Shown piece by piece: positions 1 to 9,512 of a DNA stretch of 64,000 nt (position 1 is its first letter; every line of letters starts with the position of its first letter). Source of the stretch: Bacteroidota bacterium (GTDB lineage Bacteria; Bacteroidota; Bacteroidia; CAILMK01); contig JAWXCF010000099.1 of the NCBI GenBank assembly GCA_034440515.1, positions 2,270-66,269 on the forward strand, read 5' to 3'. Position numbers and translations under genes: made by a program. The notes beneath the pieces were generated by a model that was not told the DNA's origin, made no database searches, and saw nothing but the letters and a program-made list of their open reading frames with translations.

Positions 1-483
1 ATGTGCTAAAAATGTACCCAGCGATACACCTCCCCAATTGGTTATTTGGCTCCAACCCTCAATGCACTTAAAGTTAAAAGTTACTTCCTTATATGGTAGG
101 GCTTTTATGTCTTCCATATCTAAATACACGGTATCAGATTTACCTTGTGTGTCTCTACGTATCAATATCAAAACATAGTCTGTAGTGTCGTCAGGGTCTT
201 CTACTCCGTAACCACCGTTTACTTTTGCTATTTTTACAGCCTCAGACTTTTGATATTCTGGAGCCAACTTGTTTACACTAAATAATTTATTGTTAATTAG
301 TTCATTGAAATTTAAAACCTTTCTAAGCGGAACTTTCGCTCCACTATCCGTAAATGAATTATCAATAGAGTAAACAATAATAGAAATGCCCCCTAGTATT
401 ATAAATAGTGCAGCAAAACTCAGCCATTTAGTTATAAGCCAATTTCTTTTTTTTATAACTTTCTGTTCTTCACTATTGCTCAT
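1..483 (-). CDS. Sulfite-oxidase-family molybdopterin-dependent oxidoreductase (MsrP/YedY-like), N-terminal part only; the gene continues beyond the window start
   Basis: Reverse-strand translation from ATG (complement of 481-483) gives MSNSEEQKVIKKRNWLITKWLSFAALFIILGG... (N-terminal TM anchor) ...ALPYKEVTFNFKCIEGWSQITNWGGVSLGTFLAH. The 'C(I/V)EGWS' stretch matches the Mo-binding cysteine region of the Oxidored_molyb family. The start overlaps the stop of the upstream cytochrome gene as ATGA. Confidence 0.55.
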   Translation of the reverse strand, partial: MSNSEEQKVIKKRNWLITKWLSFAALFIILGGISIIVYSIDNSFTDSGAKVPLRKVLNFNELINNKLFSVNKLAPEYQKSEAVKIAKVNGGYGVEDPDDTTDYVLILIRRDTQGKSDTVYLDMEDIKALPYKEVTFNFKCIEGWSQITNWGGVSLGTFLAH

Positions 484-1232
484 ATTGTTGGATTTATATT
501 TTTAGGTAATTCTACTACTATAGTTTCTTGTGTTTCAGTATCTGCAATATCTACCCCTGTCACCATAGACTGAAAGTTTCGCCAACCAGCCTTTACTACT
601 TGGGCTATGTGCACCACAAAGAATGCAACAAATATTATAGTTATAATGAAATGCTCAAGTCTAGCTGCCACATAACCCCCAAGACTAGTGGTTAACCAAC
701 TTTGTTGAATTGGTTTGTAAATAGCTAAACCTGTTAGTAACATTAAGCCACCTAGCAGTATAATTACAGTATATATCACACGTTGGGCATCGTTATATTT
801 ACCCTGAATTGGTTTAGTTTTTTTAAGTCCGAAATCATACAAAGTCACCTGAAGCGAACCAATCAAACTATTCCTTTTAGGAAATAGTGATTTATACTCT
901 CGTGATAAAATTAGATAAATGAAATACCCAACACCATTGATGGCAAAAAACCACATAAATGTAAAGTGCCAAGCCATACCGACTGAAAGTCTAAATGGTA
1001 TGTTCAAAGCTTTATAAAACCATTGTGGAAAGAATTTTAACGTAAGACTACCTAATTGAATATAATATTCGTCGTTAGCCCAATAAATTAACATTCCACT
1101 CCAAATCATCACAGTTAATAAGGGAAAGTTTACCCAATGAAACCAACGAACAGCTAAGCTGTGTTTTTTAGTAATTAAAACTGTTTCTTCTTGACTACTA
1201 ATCATAATGATAGAGTTACAGCAAATAAACAA
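480..1232 (-). CDS. b-type cytochrome membrane subunit (Ni/Fe-hydrogenase-type cytochrome b / cytochrome b561 family)
   Basis: Polytopic membrane protein with conserved His in TM helices (HSLAVRWFHWVNF..., ...LEHFIITIIFVAFFVVHIA), as in HyaC/PhsC-like cytochrome b subunits. Translationally coupled (ATGA) to the downstream Mo-oxidoreductase gene. The true start is probably the internal Met (MISSQEET...). Confidence 0.5.
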   Translation of the reverse strand: MFICCNSIIMISSQEETVLITKKHSLAVRWFHWVNFPLLTVMIWSGMLIYWANDEYYIQLGSLTLKFFPQWFYKALNIPFRLSVGMAWHFTFMWFFAINGVGYFIYLILSREYKSLFPKRNSLIGSLQVTLYDFGLKKTKPIQGKYNDAQRVIYTVIILLGGLMLLTGLAIYKPIQQSWLTTSLGGYVAARLEHFIITIIFVAFFVVHIAQVVKAGWRNFQSMVTGVDIADTETQETIVVELPKNINPTI

Positions 1233-1246
1233 TATTTTGAACTTGC

Positions 1247-2749
1247 TTAAATCTTAGTACCAATTGTTATTAGAAAATTAACTCTATTGGTTGTTAGTGT
1301 AGCAGATGGAGCAAAGTTGGCACCTGTTAATGTATATGGTGTGTAAATAGACTGGCTATTGGCTATTTGTAGCCCAAGGTCTAGAAAGAACCCATCAGTC
1401 TCTTTATATCCACCACCGAAACTTATTATTTGTGTACCTGTGTTGATGTTGTTAACAAATTCCTTTTTATATGGGCTGCTGTAACTAGCAAATCCACCAC
1501 GTAAATAAAATTGTTCAATTCTGTATTCTCCACCAAATCGTACATTGTACCCAGGTTGTAAAACAGTTTGAATTTCATTATTTCTAAATCTACTGCCATC
1601 AAATGATCTAGAAAATCTGCCAGTAGTGTAGTCAATATACTCTAGGTCTGCACTAATCAGTCCGTTTTTACCTGCTAATATTGCAATGCTTCCTGTTGCT
1701 TTGATAGGAGTTGAAATGTTATAGCTAAATTCATAATCTGGGAAAGAATCCTGCCTATAAACATTGCCATAGGCAAAACCTACTACGCCGACATTATATA
1801 CATCGTTAAGTCTATAAAAAGTAGGTAGGCTTACACTTGCTCCAACTCTTAACCATTCAGTTGGTTTGCCCAATACGCCAAGAGTAACGCCAAAGCCTAA
1901 ACCAGTAGTATTTACATTTTCAGTTAAGGTACTTTTTTGATAAATTGCTTGACTGGCGGGTGTATTATTCACCTCTGTAAAAGTTCGTTCGCTGTGGAAA
2001 CCTACTGTACTTAGATTGATGGTAGCACCTAGATAAAGTTTGTTGCTGTAGTTAGCACCAAGAGAAGTAGAAATATCATTTGCTGCTCCTCTTGTAGTAA
2101 TTAAATCTTGTTGAAACAACGCATATGGTGCGTTATTTAAATATTTAGAAGCTATAGATATATATTTACCAGGCATTGAGCTAATACTGTCAGTTAAATA
2201 TGCATAATAACCAAGGTATCCATAAGATGAAACAGGAAGTTGATTAGGTAGAACTTGCCCATCTTGGGCGTAGCTATCTGTTATTGAGTTCTTTGTATTT
2301 ACTCCCTGTACTGCAATATTCTGATGAAACGTGTTTGATCTATTAAACAGAAGTGAAAAGTTTACAGAAACCCATCCATTTGTTTTAGCGACCCCATTTT
2401 GCTTTCTTACTTTACCTATTACAAAGCCCAAATTACTGATATTGAGATTTGCCTTCATATCTTTCTGATTGTTAGATAAGAAGTTACCTGTTGTAGCAGT
2501 ACTGTTAAAGCTAAAGGTTCCCATTAATTCTGAAGTACGATACACGCCTAGACCAGCTGGATTTATGGCAATTGCGCCAGCATCTCCTCCTAGGGCACCC
2601 ATTGCATTACCTAGCGCGGCACTTCTAGCAGTAGATTGAGGGAATTTCTGAGAATATCTAAGTACCTCAACGTAACTCTGCCCAACCATAGAATTGCTAA
2701 ATAACAGCACACCTATGGTGGCCAAAATATATGTATTTGCCTTTATCAT
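1247..2749 (-). CDS. Putative outer-membrane beta-barrel protein (about 500 aa, signal peptide, G/Y/N/S/T-rich alternating pattern)
   Basis: The ORF track gives 1247..2827, but the plausible start is the internal Met (MIKANTYILATIGVLLFSNSMVGQ, a signal peptide) at 2749, leaving a 28-nt gap after the upstream lipoprotein gene. The composition and alternating hydrophobic pattern are typical of Bacteroidota OM barrels (FadL/PorV-like size class). The family is not recognised. Confidence 0.45.
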   Translation of the reverse strand: MIKANTYILATIGVLLFSNSMVGQSYVEVLRYSQKFPQSTARSAALGNAMGALGGDAGAIAINPAGLGVYRTSELMGTFSFNSTATTGNFLSNNQKDMKANLNISNLGFVIGKVRKQNGVAKTNGWVSVNFSLLFNRSNTFHQNIAVQGVNTKNSITDSYAQDGQVLPNQLPVSSYGYLGYYAYLTDSISSMPGKYISIASKYLNNAPYALFQQDLITTRGAANDISTSLGANYSNKLYLGATINLSTVGFHSERTFTEVNNTPASQAIYQKSTLTENVNTTGLGFGVTLGVLGKPTEWLRVGASVSLPTFYRLNDVYNVGVVGFAYGNVYRQDSFPDYEFSYNISTPIKATGSIAILAGKNGLISADLEYIDYTTGRFSRSFDGSRFRNNEIQTVLQPGYNVRFGGEYRIEQFYLRGGFASYSSPYKKEFVNNINTGTQIISFGGGYKETDGFFLDLGLQIANSQSIYTPYTLTGANFAPSATLTTNRVNFLITIGTKI

Positions 2750-2777
2750 TTTAGTTTTGTTGTGTCGCTTATTAGAA

Positions 2778-4154
2778 TTATCTGCCTCTTGGTTGTGGGC
2801 TGTTACCACCTCTGTTCCCGCCATCATTATTTCTTGGTTGTGGGCTAGGGTTGCTCCTTACTGGTTGATTATTTCTAGGTTGCTGATTGTAATTATCATT
2901 TCTAGGCTGTTGTCTTACAGGTTCATTATTTCTAGGCTTTTGCCTAACAGGTTCTTGATTATCCCTTGGTTGAGATCTAATTGGCTGTTGTTGATTTGGC
3001 TTTTGCCTAACAGGTTCTTGATTTTCCTTAGGTTGCACTCTATTATTATCATTTACAGGCTGTTGTTGATTCGGATTCTGCCTGACTGGTTCTTGATTGT
3101 CCCTAGGTTGCGCTATATTATTATCATCTATCGGCTGTTGTTGATTTGGATTCTGCCTAACTGGTTCTTGATTGTCCCTAGGTTGCGCTCTATTATTGTC
3201 ATCTACAGGCTGTTGCTGATTTGGTCTTTGCCTTACGGGAGTCTGATCATCTTTAGGAACTACTGGGGTTTGATCAATTACTCCGGGCTGTGTTCTACCA
3301 CCTTGGTTAGGTTGATCTCTAGTGGGATTGCCAGGTACATTGCTACCGTATCTACCAGGTACGTAATTAGTTCCTTGGTTTGTTATACCTTGACTACCTC
3401 TACCATTTCTAGGGCCGATGTTTTGTCTATCATTTGATACTCCAGTACCACCGCCCCAATTATTTCCATTATTGTATTGCTGACCGTAATTGTAGGGGGA
3501 ATATCCAAAATTGTTATATGGATTATATCCATATGGTCCATAACCAAATGAATTATAGCCATAGGGGCTGAATCCAAACGGTGAATATGCAAAAGGTGAC
3601 CCGCCCCAAATTGGATAAGGTGAATAGCCCCAATAAGGATTAACAAAAGGACTGTAGCCAAACCCTGGTTGAAAAGGTGTATAGAAATTAGAGTAACCCA
3701 TATATATGTTCACGCCTCCATTAAAGGGATTAGACCAAGATGGTCCAAAGAATGGATCGTAGTAACCCCAATTGGAAGCAGGGCGTCTGAATCTGCCTAT
3801 TCTTCTACTAAAGTAGTAGTCGTCGTCATCGTAATAATTATTTATATTAGTTGTGTTACCACTTCTATTATTTAAATTTTCATCTCCGAACACATCTACT
3901 TGGTTATCATCTAATTGACGTGTAGGAGGATTGTTTTGAATTCTAGCTGCATTTTGACTTGCAACCTGCTTTGCATTTCGCTCTCGTACTACCACAGCTC
4001 GTTTCTTAGATAATTCTGACTCATCAGCTGACTGATAATAAATGTCATCATAAGGTAATCTACTTGTAGACTGCTTGCTGGTGGTACAAGAACCAAGAAA
4101 ACTACCTATAGCCGTGATGGCTAAAATGATGTGAAGTTTATACGCGATACTCAT
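2778..4154 (-). CDS. Lipoprotein with a FUS-like aromatic low-complexity domain and C-terminal Q/N/P-rich 25-aa tandem repeats
   Basis: N-terminus MSIAYKLHIILAITAIGSFLGSC is a lipobox (LGSC). The middle is about 200 aa of GYSPY/GYNPF/NPYWGYSPYPIWGG aromatic Gly/Ser/Tyr/Asn/Pro repeats. The C-terminus has about five copies of QPRDNQEPVRQNPNQQQP(I/V)DDNN(I/R)A. Codon usage is consistent across the ORF. It is encoded immediately upstream of, and co-oriented with, the OM barrel gene. Confidence 0.6.
   Translation of the reverse strand: MSIAYKLHIILAITAIGSFLGSCTTSKQSTSRLPYDDIYYQSADESELSKKRAVVVRERNAKQVASQNAARIQNNPPTRQLDDNQVDVFGDENLNNRSGNTTNINNYYDDDDYYFSRRIGRFRRPASNWGYYDPFFGPSWSNPFNGGVNIYMGYSNFYTPFQPGFGYSPFVNPYWGYSPYPIWGGSPFAYSPFGFSPYGYNSFGYGPYGYNPYNNFGYSPYNYGQQYNNGNNWGGGTGVSNDRQNIGPRNGRGSQGITNQGTNYVPGRYGSNVPGNPTRDQPNQGGRTQPGVIDQTPVVPKDDQTPVRQRPNQQQPVDDNNRAQPRDNQEPVRQNPNQQQPIDDNNIAQPRDNQEPVRQNPNQQQPVNDNNRVQPKENQEPVRQKPNQQQPIRSQPRDNQEPVRQKPRNNEPVRQQPRNDNYNQQPRNNQPVRSNPSPQPRNNDGGNRGGNSPQPRGR
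2840..3270 (-). repeat. In-frame 75-nt tandem repeats (about 5 copies plus degenerate copies) encoding Q/N/P/R-rich 25-aa units inside the lipoprotein gene
   Basis: Near-identical 75-nt units are visible directly in the DNA (e.g. ggctgttgttgatttggattctgcctaactggttcttgattgtccctaggttgcgctctattattgtcatctaca). They are not a CRISPR array: there are no spacers and they lie inside a coding frame. Confidence 0.8.
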
Positions 4155-4266
4155 AGTTAATTAAAATAGTAAAACAATGTTTTCAATAACTTTGCTCCTT
4201 AATTCACTAATAAGTCAAATACTGTTCCATTTTGATTAAGTGATGTAAAATGGAGAAATAATTGAA

Positions 4267-5742
4267 ATGGCAAAAAAAATAACACCTCGAGATAAAGACT
4301 ATTCTAACTGGTATTTAGACATAATAAGAGAAGCTGGACTAGCAGAGCATAGTGCTGTAAAAGGCTGTATGGTAATAAAACCTTATGGTTTCGGTATATG
4401 GGAGAGCATTCAGCACGAACTTGATACAAGATTTAAGGCTACAGGGCATACAAATGCATATTTCCCACTTTTTATACCAAAAAGTTTTTTAAGCAAAGAG
4501 GCCGACCACGTAGAGGGTTTTGCTAAAGAATGCGCTGTAGTAACACACTACAGGCTAAAAGCTGACCCAATAAATGGTGGTGTAATGGTAGATCCAGATG
4601 CTAAATTAGAGGAAGAACTAATAATCAGACCAACTAGTGAAACAATCATTTGGAATACTTATCGCAACTGGATACAAAGTTACAGAGACCTCCCCTTGTT
4701 AATAAACCAATGGGCCAATGTGGTACGTTGGGAAATGAGAACCAGACTGTTTCTGAGAACGACTGAATTTCTATGGCAAGAGGGACATACTGCTCACGCT
4801 ACTGCTGACGAAGCTATAGCAGAGGCCAATCAAATGCTCCATTTATATGCTGATTTTGCAGAAAATTTTATGGCATTACCAGTTATCAGGGGTAGAAAAA
4901 CGAAACACGAACGCTTTGCAGGGGCGCTAGATACCCTATGTATTGAGGCGATGATGCAAGACGGAAAGGCACTTCAGGCAGGTACTAGCCACTTTTTGGG
5001 TCAAAACTTTGCTCGTGCTTTCGATGTCAAATTTCAAACCAAAGAAGGTAAAGAAGAATATGTGTGGGCAACAAGTTGGGGCGTATCTACCAGACTGATA
5101 GGTGCGTTAATAATGGCACATAGCGATGATGAAGGATTAATTCTTCCACCTACTTTAGCACCTATACAGGTAGTTATAGTTCCAATATTTAAAACTGACG
5201 ATGAAAAGGAGTTGGTGTATGAACGTGCACACCTACTTAAAAATTCTATTAAAGAAATGGGAGTAAGGGTGAAATTTGACGATGATGAACAACGAACACC
5301 AGGTTGGAAATTTGCTGAGCACGAAATGCGAGGGGTTCCATTAAGAATTGCAATAGGGCCTAGAGATGTAGTAAACGGTACCGCAGAAATAGCGCAAAGG
5401 GACACCAGAACTAAGCACTTATTACCTTTCAACGATTTAATTGCACAAATCCCTGCCTTATTAGACCAAATTCAACAGGGCATCTATATGAAAGCGCTAA
5501 AGAAAAGAGAAGACAACACTCATTTTGTTGATACTTGGGCAGAGTTCCAAACTGCCTTAAAGGCAGAAGGCGGATTCATTTATGCACATTGGGACGGAAC
5601 AACAGAAACTGAATTGAAAATTAAAGAATTAACCCAAGCCACAATTAGGTGCATTCCAATAAATAATAAGCAAGAGGAAGGCAAATGTATATATACTGGT
5701 TTGCCAAGTCAAGAGAGGGTTATATTCGCAAAAGCATACTAA
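4267..5742 (+). CDS. proS: Prolyl-tRNA synthetase (archaeal/eukaryotic-type class II ProRS, as is usual in Bacteroidota)
   Basis: [49 protein letters not shown]... is characteristic of the ProRS N-terminus. Length is 491 aa. Confidence 0.9.
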   Translation: MAKKITPRDKDYSNWYLDIIREAGLAEHSAVKGCMVIKPYGFGIWESIQHELDTRFKATGHTNAYFPLFIPKSFLSKEADHVEGFAKECAVVTHYRLKADPINGGVMVDPDAKLEEELIIRPTSETIIWNTYRNWIQSYRDLPLLINQWANVVRWEMRTRLFLRTTEFLWQEGHTAHATADEAIAEANQMLHLYADFAENFMALPVIRGRKTKHERFAGALDTLCIEAMMQDGKALQAGTSHFLGQNFARAFDVKFQTKEGKEEYVWATSWGVSTRLIGALIMAHSDDEGLILPPTLAPIQVVIVPIFKTDDEKELVYERAHLLKNSIKEMGVRVKFDDDEQRTPGWKFAEHEMRGVPLRIAIGPRDVVNGTAEIAQRDTRTKHLLPFNDLIAQIPALLDQIQQGIYMKALKKREDNTHFVDTWAEFQTALKAEGGFIYAHWDGTTETELKIKELTQATIRCIPINNKQEEGKCIYTGLPSQERVIFAKAY

Positions 5743-5758
5743 TCGTTACCTAAATAAT

Positions 5759-6463
5759 ATGGAAGAAAATAATTTGGAAATACTTGCTGCTATAAAGAGT
5801 AAAAGTATCCTAAAACAAGAGATATATAAAATTACCCTACAGGTAATGCAGACCTTCAAAATGCAAATGGCAACCATTGCCGATCAGGTTACAAAAGAAT
5901 TAAAGAAGGAGGTATTAACATCTGTAAATGTGGAATATAAGTCTCACAGTGAATTTGAAGCTGACTTAAAGTTCGGTGGCGATACCTTAGTTTATATGAT
6001 GCATACCAACATATTTCAATTTCCGCTAGAGCACGAAGTATATAAGACTCAATATATAAAAGAAGACCCAACTCGAGCGTATTGCGGGGTAATAAATGTG
6101 TATGACTTCCTAAGTGATTCTATAAAGTATAACAGGTTTAATGACCTTGGATATTTGGTTACTAGAATTTTTATAAATAAAGACAGACACTTTATGGTGC
6201 AGGGCCGCAAGCAGTTTAGCTATATGTATAATGATTTGTCTCAATTTGAGATAAACACTGAGGTTATAAATCAAATATTAAAACAATCTATTATCAATAC
6301 CATTGATTTTGAATTGCTTGTACCACCTTTTGATAAGGTAAAAGAAATAAGACTTGGCGAGAAAATAGCAGGTCAAGGAACCTCTGCATTAGCCACAGGC
6401 AAACGACTAGGCTTTACTAGATTAGATCAGAACGAAACGCCAAAAGACTCCTTTGTTATTTAA
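5759..6463 (+). CDS. Hypothetical protein (234 aa, no recognisable motif)
   Basis: Clean ORF 16 nt after proS. Its 3' end overlaps folA convergently by 8 nt. Confidence 0.4.
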   Translation: MEENNLEILAAIKSKSILKQEIYKITLQVMQTFKMQMATIADQVTKELKKEVLTSVNVEYKSHSEFEADLKFGGDTLVYMMHTNIFQFPLEHEVYKTQYIKEDPTRAYCGVINVYDFLSDSIKYNRFNDLGYLVTRIFINKDRHFMVQGRKQFSYMYNDLSQFEINTEVINQILKQSIINTIDFELLVPPFDKVKEIRLGEKIAGQGTSALATGKRLGFTRLDQNETPKDSFVI

Positions 6464-6986
6464 CCTCTGGCACTTCAGGTTTTTTTCTTTCTAAGGTTAA
6501 GTATTTATAGTTGTACTTGTTTTTTTCATCAGCCATAAATGTTTCATTACCCGTTATGTTCCATTCTTCATCATTTACTTTTGGGAAATATGCATCAGCC
6601 TCAAACGTATCTTCTATCACTGTGAAATAAATTTTTTCTGCTAGGCTCAGGGTTTGTTTAAATATTTCTGCACCCCCTATTATAAATACTTCCTCCATAT
6701 TTAATTGCCCTGCCTCATATATTGCTCTTCCTATAGATTGACAAGTAATAATATAGGGAGGGCATACATAGTATGGATTGTTGGTAAGTACAATAGTTTT
6801 TCTACCCGGTAATGTATTGTGATTAGATTCTATAATGCTTTCATAGGTCTTCCTTCCCATTATTACGGCCTTACCTTGGGTTAGCTGTTTAAACCTTTTT
6901 AGGTCAGCTGGTAGATGCCACGGTAGGGTGTTGTTTAAACCTATAGCGTTGTTATTATCTACGGCAACTAAAAGACTAATTTTCAT
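6456..6986 (-). CDS. folA: Dihydrofolate reductase
   Basis: MKISLLVAVDNNNAIGLNNTLPWHLPADLKRFKQLTQGKAVIMGRKTYESI is the canonical DHFR N-terminus. Confidence 0.9.
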   Translation of the reverse strand: MKISLLVAVDNNNAIGLNNTLPWHLPADLKRFKQLTQGKAVIMGRKTYESIIESNHNTLPGRKTIVLTNNPYYVCPPYIITCQSIGRAIYEAGQLNMEEVFIIGGAEIFKQTLSLAEKIYFTVIEDTFEADAYFPKVNDEEWNITGNETFMADEKNKYNYKYLTLERKKPEVPEVK

Positions 6987-7016
6987 AGGGCGAATATCTA
7001 TAAATATTTGCTTGCT

Positions 7017-7811
7017 TTATATAGCGACTGGTGCTTTTATGCTAGGGTGTGGTTCATAATTTTTCAATTCAAAATCGGAAAATTGAAAATTATTTATGTC
7101 ATACACTTCTTTATTGATCAACATTATTGGCAACTGCCTTGGAGTCCTACTTAACTGTAAGTTAACTTGTTCTAAATGATTGGTATAAATGTGAGCATCA
7201 CCAAATGTAACAATTAGCTCCTTGTATTTCAGATTGCAAACCTGTGCAAACATCATAGTGAGTAGTGCGTAAGATGCTATATTAAATGGAACCCCTAAAA
7301 ATAGGTCAGCGCTGCGCTGATACATCTGACAACTTAATTCACCATCAGCTACATAGAATTGAAACATAGTATGGCAAGGCATTAGCGCCATTTTACTTAA
7401 TTCACCTACATTCCAAGCATTTACTATAATTCTACGACTATCAGGATTATTCTTTAATTGTGTAACAACTTCCTCTAATTGATCTGTTGACTTTCCATTA
7501 GCATCAGTCCAGTCTCGCCACTGTTTACCATATACTGGGCCTAAGTTTCCTTGGTCATCAGCCCATTCATCCCAAATTTTTACGCCATTATCTTGCAGAT
7601 ACTTTATATTGGTTTCACCACTAATGAACCAGAGTAATTCATAAATAATACTTTTTAGGTGTACTTTTTTAGTAGTTACAAGAGGGAAACCCTCCCTAAG
7701 GTCAAATCTAAGTTGGGGCCCAAATAACGAAAGAGTGCCTGTGCCTGTACGGTCAGACTTGGTAACACCTTCATTTAAGACTTTGCGAAGTAAATCTAAA
7801 TACTGTTGCAT
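7017..7811 (-). CDS. thyA: Thymidylate synthase
   Basis: [38 protein letters not shown]...LPPCH-type core. Length is 264 aa. It is adjacent to folA, the classic thyA-folA pair. Confidence 0.92.
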   Translation of the reverse strand: MQQYLDLLRKVLNEGVTKSDRTGTGTLSLFGPQLRFDLREGFPLVTTKKVHLKSIIYELLWFISGETNIKYLQDNGVKIWDEWADDQGNLGPVYGKQWRDWTDANGKSTDQLEEVVTQLKNNPDSRRIIVNAWNVGELSKMALMPCHTMFQFYVADGELSCQMYQRSADLFLGVPFNIASYALLTMMFAQVCNLKYKELIVTFGDAHIYTNHLEQVNLQLSRTPRQLPIMLINKEVYDINNFQFSDFELKNYEPHPSIKAPVAI

Positions 7812-8013
7812 AATTGTTCAGTTTCAAAGTAAATATATGCAATCGTATTTTGCACTGATTGAATAGCTGAAATTTTTAAAACATCAAATACAACAGTTGA
7901 GAACATAATTGTTTGGTGATGCTTTATATATTTGCTGTGCAGATGGTTTAGCTTTATTTGCCAGACAATGATGCTCTCTTAATTAATTTTCTTATTTTTT
8001 CGAAATATATAAA

Positions 8014-9312
8014 ATGGCTGAAGTAATAAAAATGCCCAGAATGAGTGACACTATGGAAGAAGGTGTCATAGTAAGCTGGTTGAAAAAAGTTGGCGATAAA
8101 GTTAAAACTGGAGATATACTAGCTGAGGTAGAGACAGATAAAGCTACTATGGAATTAGAAAATTATGTAGATGGTCAATTGCTTTATGTGGGGATTAAAG
8201 AAGGAGAATCAGTACCAGTAAATGGGATTATAGCCATAATTGGTAAAGAGGGTGAAGACTTTGAGGCTTTACTAAAAGCTGATACTGGACCCAAAAAAGC
8301 CGATGAAATAGATCCAAAATCAGAAGAAAAGGAAGAACCTGCAATAAAAGAAGTTGAAATACCAAAGCAGGAAGATGAACCTAAAGTAGAAGTACAGGCT
8401 GAAAATACTGATACCAAAGAAACTGAAGCAGCACACGGCAATGACCGTTTAAAAATATCGCCTCTAGCTAAAAAAATAGCTGACGAAAAAGGCATAGATG
8501 TGCATCAGGTAAAGGGAACTGGTGACCACGGCAGAATAGTACGTAGAGATATTGAGGCATATCAGCCAGAGCAAGTGGGTAATGTAGAGAAAGAGAACAA
8601 AGCCACTCAATTGCCAGTAGTAGCTGGTACAGAACAGTTTGAAGATGTTCCACTTAGTCAAATGCGCAAGACAATTGCCAGAAGGTTGAGTGAAAGTATG
8701 TTTACTGCGCCGCATTTTTACCTAAATATAGAAGTAGAAATGAGCAGAGCAATTGCCGCCAGAAAATCAATCAATGATTTGTTAGGCACTAAAATTAGTT
8801 TTAACGATATAGTGATAAAGGCTGTTTCCGCAGCACTAATGCGTCATCCTAAGGTAAATAGCAGTTGGTTAGGCGATAAAATTAGATATAACAAGCACAT
8901 AAATATTGGCGTAGCAATGGCTGTTGAGGACGGTTTAATAGTCCCTGTAGTAAGATTTGCCAATAGCAAAGGTTTGAGCCATATTTCAGCGGAAGTGAAA
9001 GATTTCTCTGAAAAGGCTAAATCAAAAAAATTACAACCAAGTGATTGGGAAGGAAATACTTTTACAATTAGTAACCTAGGTATGTTTGGCATTGAGGAAT
9101 TTACTGCAATCATTAACCCACCTGATAGTTGCATTTTAGCTGTCGGGGCAATACAAGAGAAACCAATAGTGAAAGACGGGCAGGTTGTTCCTGGTAACTT
9201 AATGAAATTGACCTTAAGCTGTGACCATAGGGTAGTAGATGGTGCAACTGGTGCGCAATTTTTACAGACTCTTAAGGCAATGCTAGAGGAGCCTGTAACT
9301 ATTTTAGCATAA
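8014..9312 (+). CDS. Dihydrolipoamide acyltransferase, E2 component of a 2-oxo-acid dehydrogenase (most likely pyruvate dehydrogenase E2)
   Basis: N-terminal lipoyl domain (MAEVIKMPRMSDTMEEGVIVSWLKKVGDKV...AEVETDKATMELE), an E3-binding region, and a C-terminal catalytic domain with DHRVVDGA. Confidence 0.85.
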   Translation: MAEVIKMPRMSDTMEEGVIVSWLKKVGDKVKTGDILAEVETDKATMELENYVDGQLLYVGIKEGESVPVNGIIAIIGKEGEDFEALLKADTGPKKADEIDPKSEEKEEPAIKEVEIPKQEDEPKVEVQAENTDTKETEAAHGNDRLKISPLAKKIADEKGIDVHQVKGTGDHGRIVRRDIEAYQPEQVGNVEKENKATQLPVVAGTEQFEDVPLSQMRKTIARRLSESMFTAPHFYLNIEVEMSRAIAARKSINDLLGTKISFNDIVIKAVSAALMRHPKVNSSWLGDKIRYNKHINIGVAMAVEDGLIVPVVRFANSKGLSHISAEVKDFSEKAKSKKLQPSDWEGNTFTISNLGMFGIEEFTAIINPPDSCILAVGAIQEKPIVKDGQVVPGNLMKLTLSCDHRVVDGATGAQFLQTLKAMLEEPVTILA

Positions 9313-9512
9313 TTTAAACTATTTGAAGTAATTTTTTGTATAATTGCAATGTTGATTATTGGTATAAATATTACCAATACAGCAAATTACCTTTCCACAG
9401 TCGTGAGTTAAAAAAGGGTAAAATCAGTATAGATTGCAAAAATTATTTCTTAATAAGACGTATTTGTATTGTACTTAGTAATTCAAATTTTAAATAAATA
9501 TATATTATAATA

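Noticed and set aside
2840-3270. Tandem repeats as a possible CRISPR array
   Set aside because: The units are contiguous with no unique spacers, and they are in-frame within a coding region with consistent codon usage.
2694-3437. 247-aa + strand ORF (LLIRIL.../RLLLIWILP... repeats)
   Set aside because: It is antisense to the lipoprotein tandem repeats. The repetitive Leu/Ile-rich translation is an artefact of reading the 75-nt repeats on the wrong strand.
8184-9377. Several minus-strand ORFs (103, 83, 61 and 177 aa)
   Set aside because: They are antisense within the E2 acyltransferase gene. They have low-complexity Ser/Phe-rich translations and no start context.
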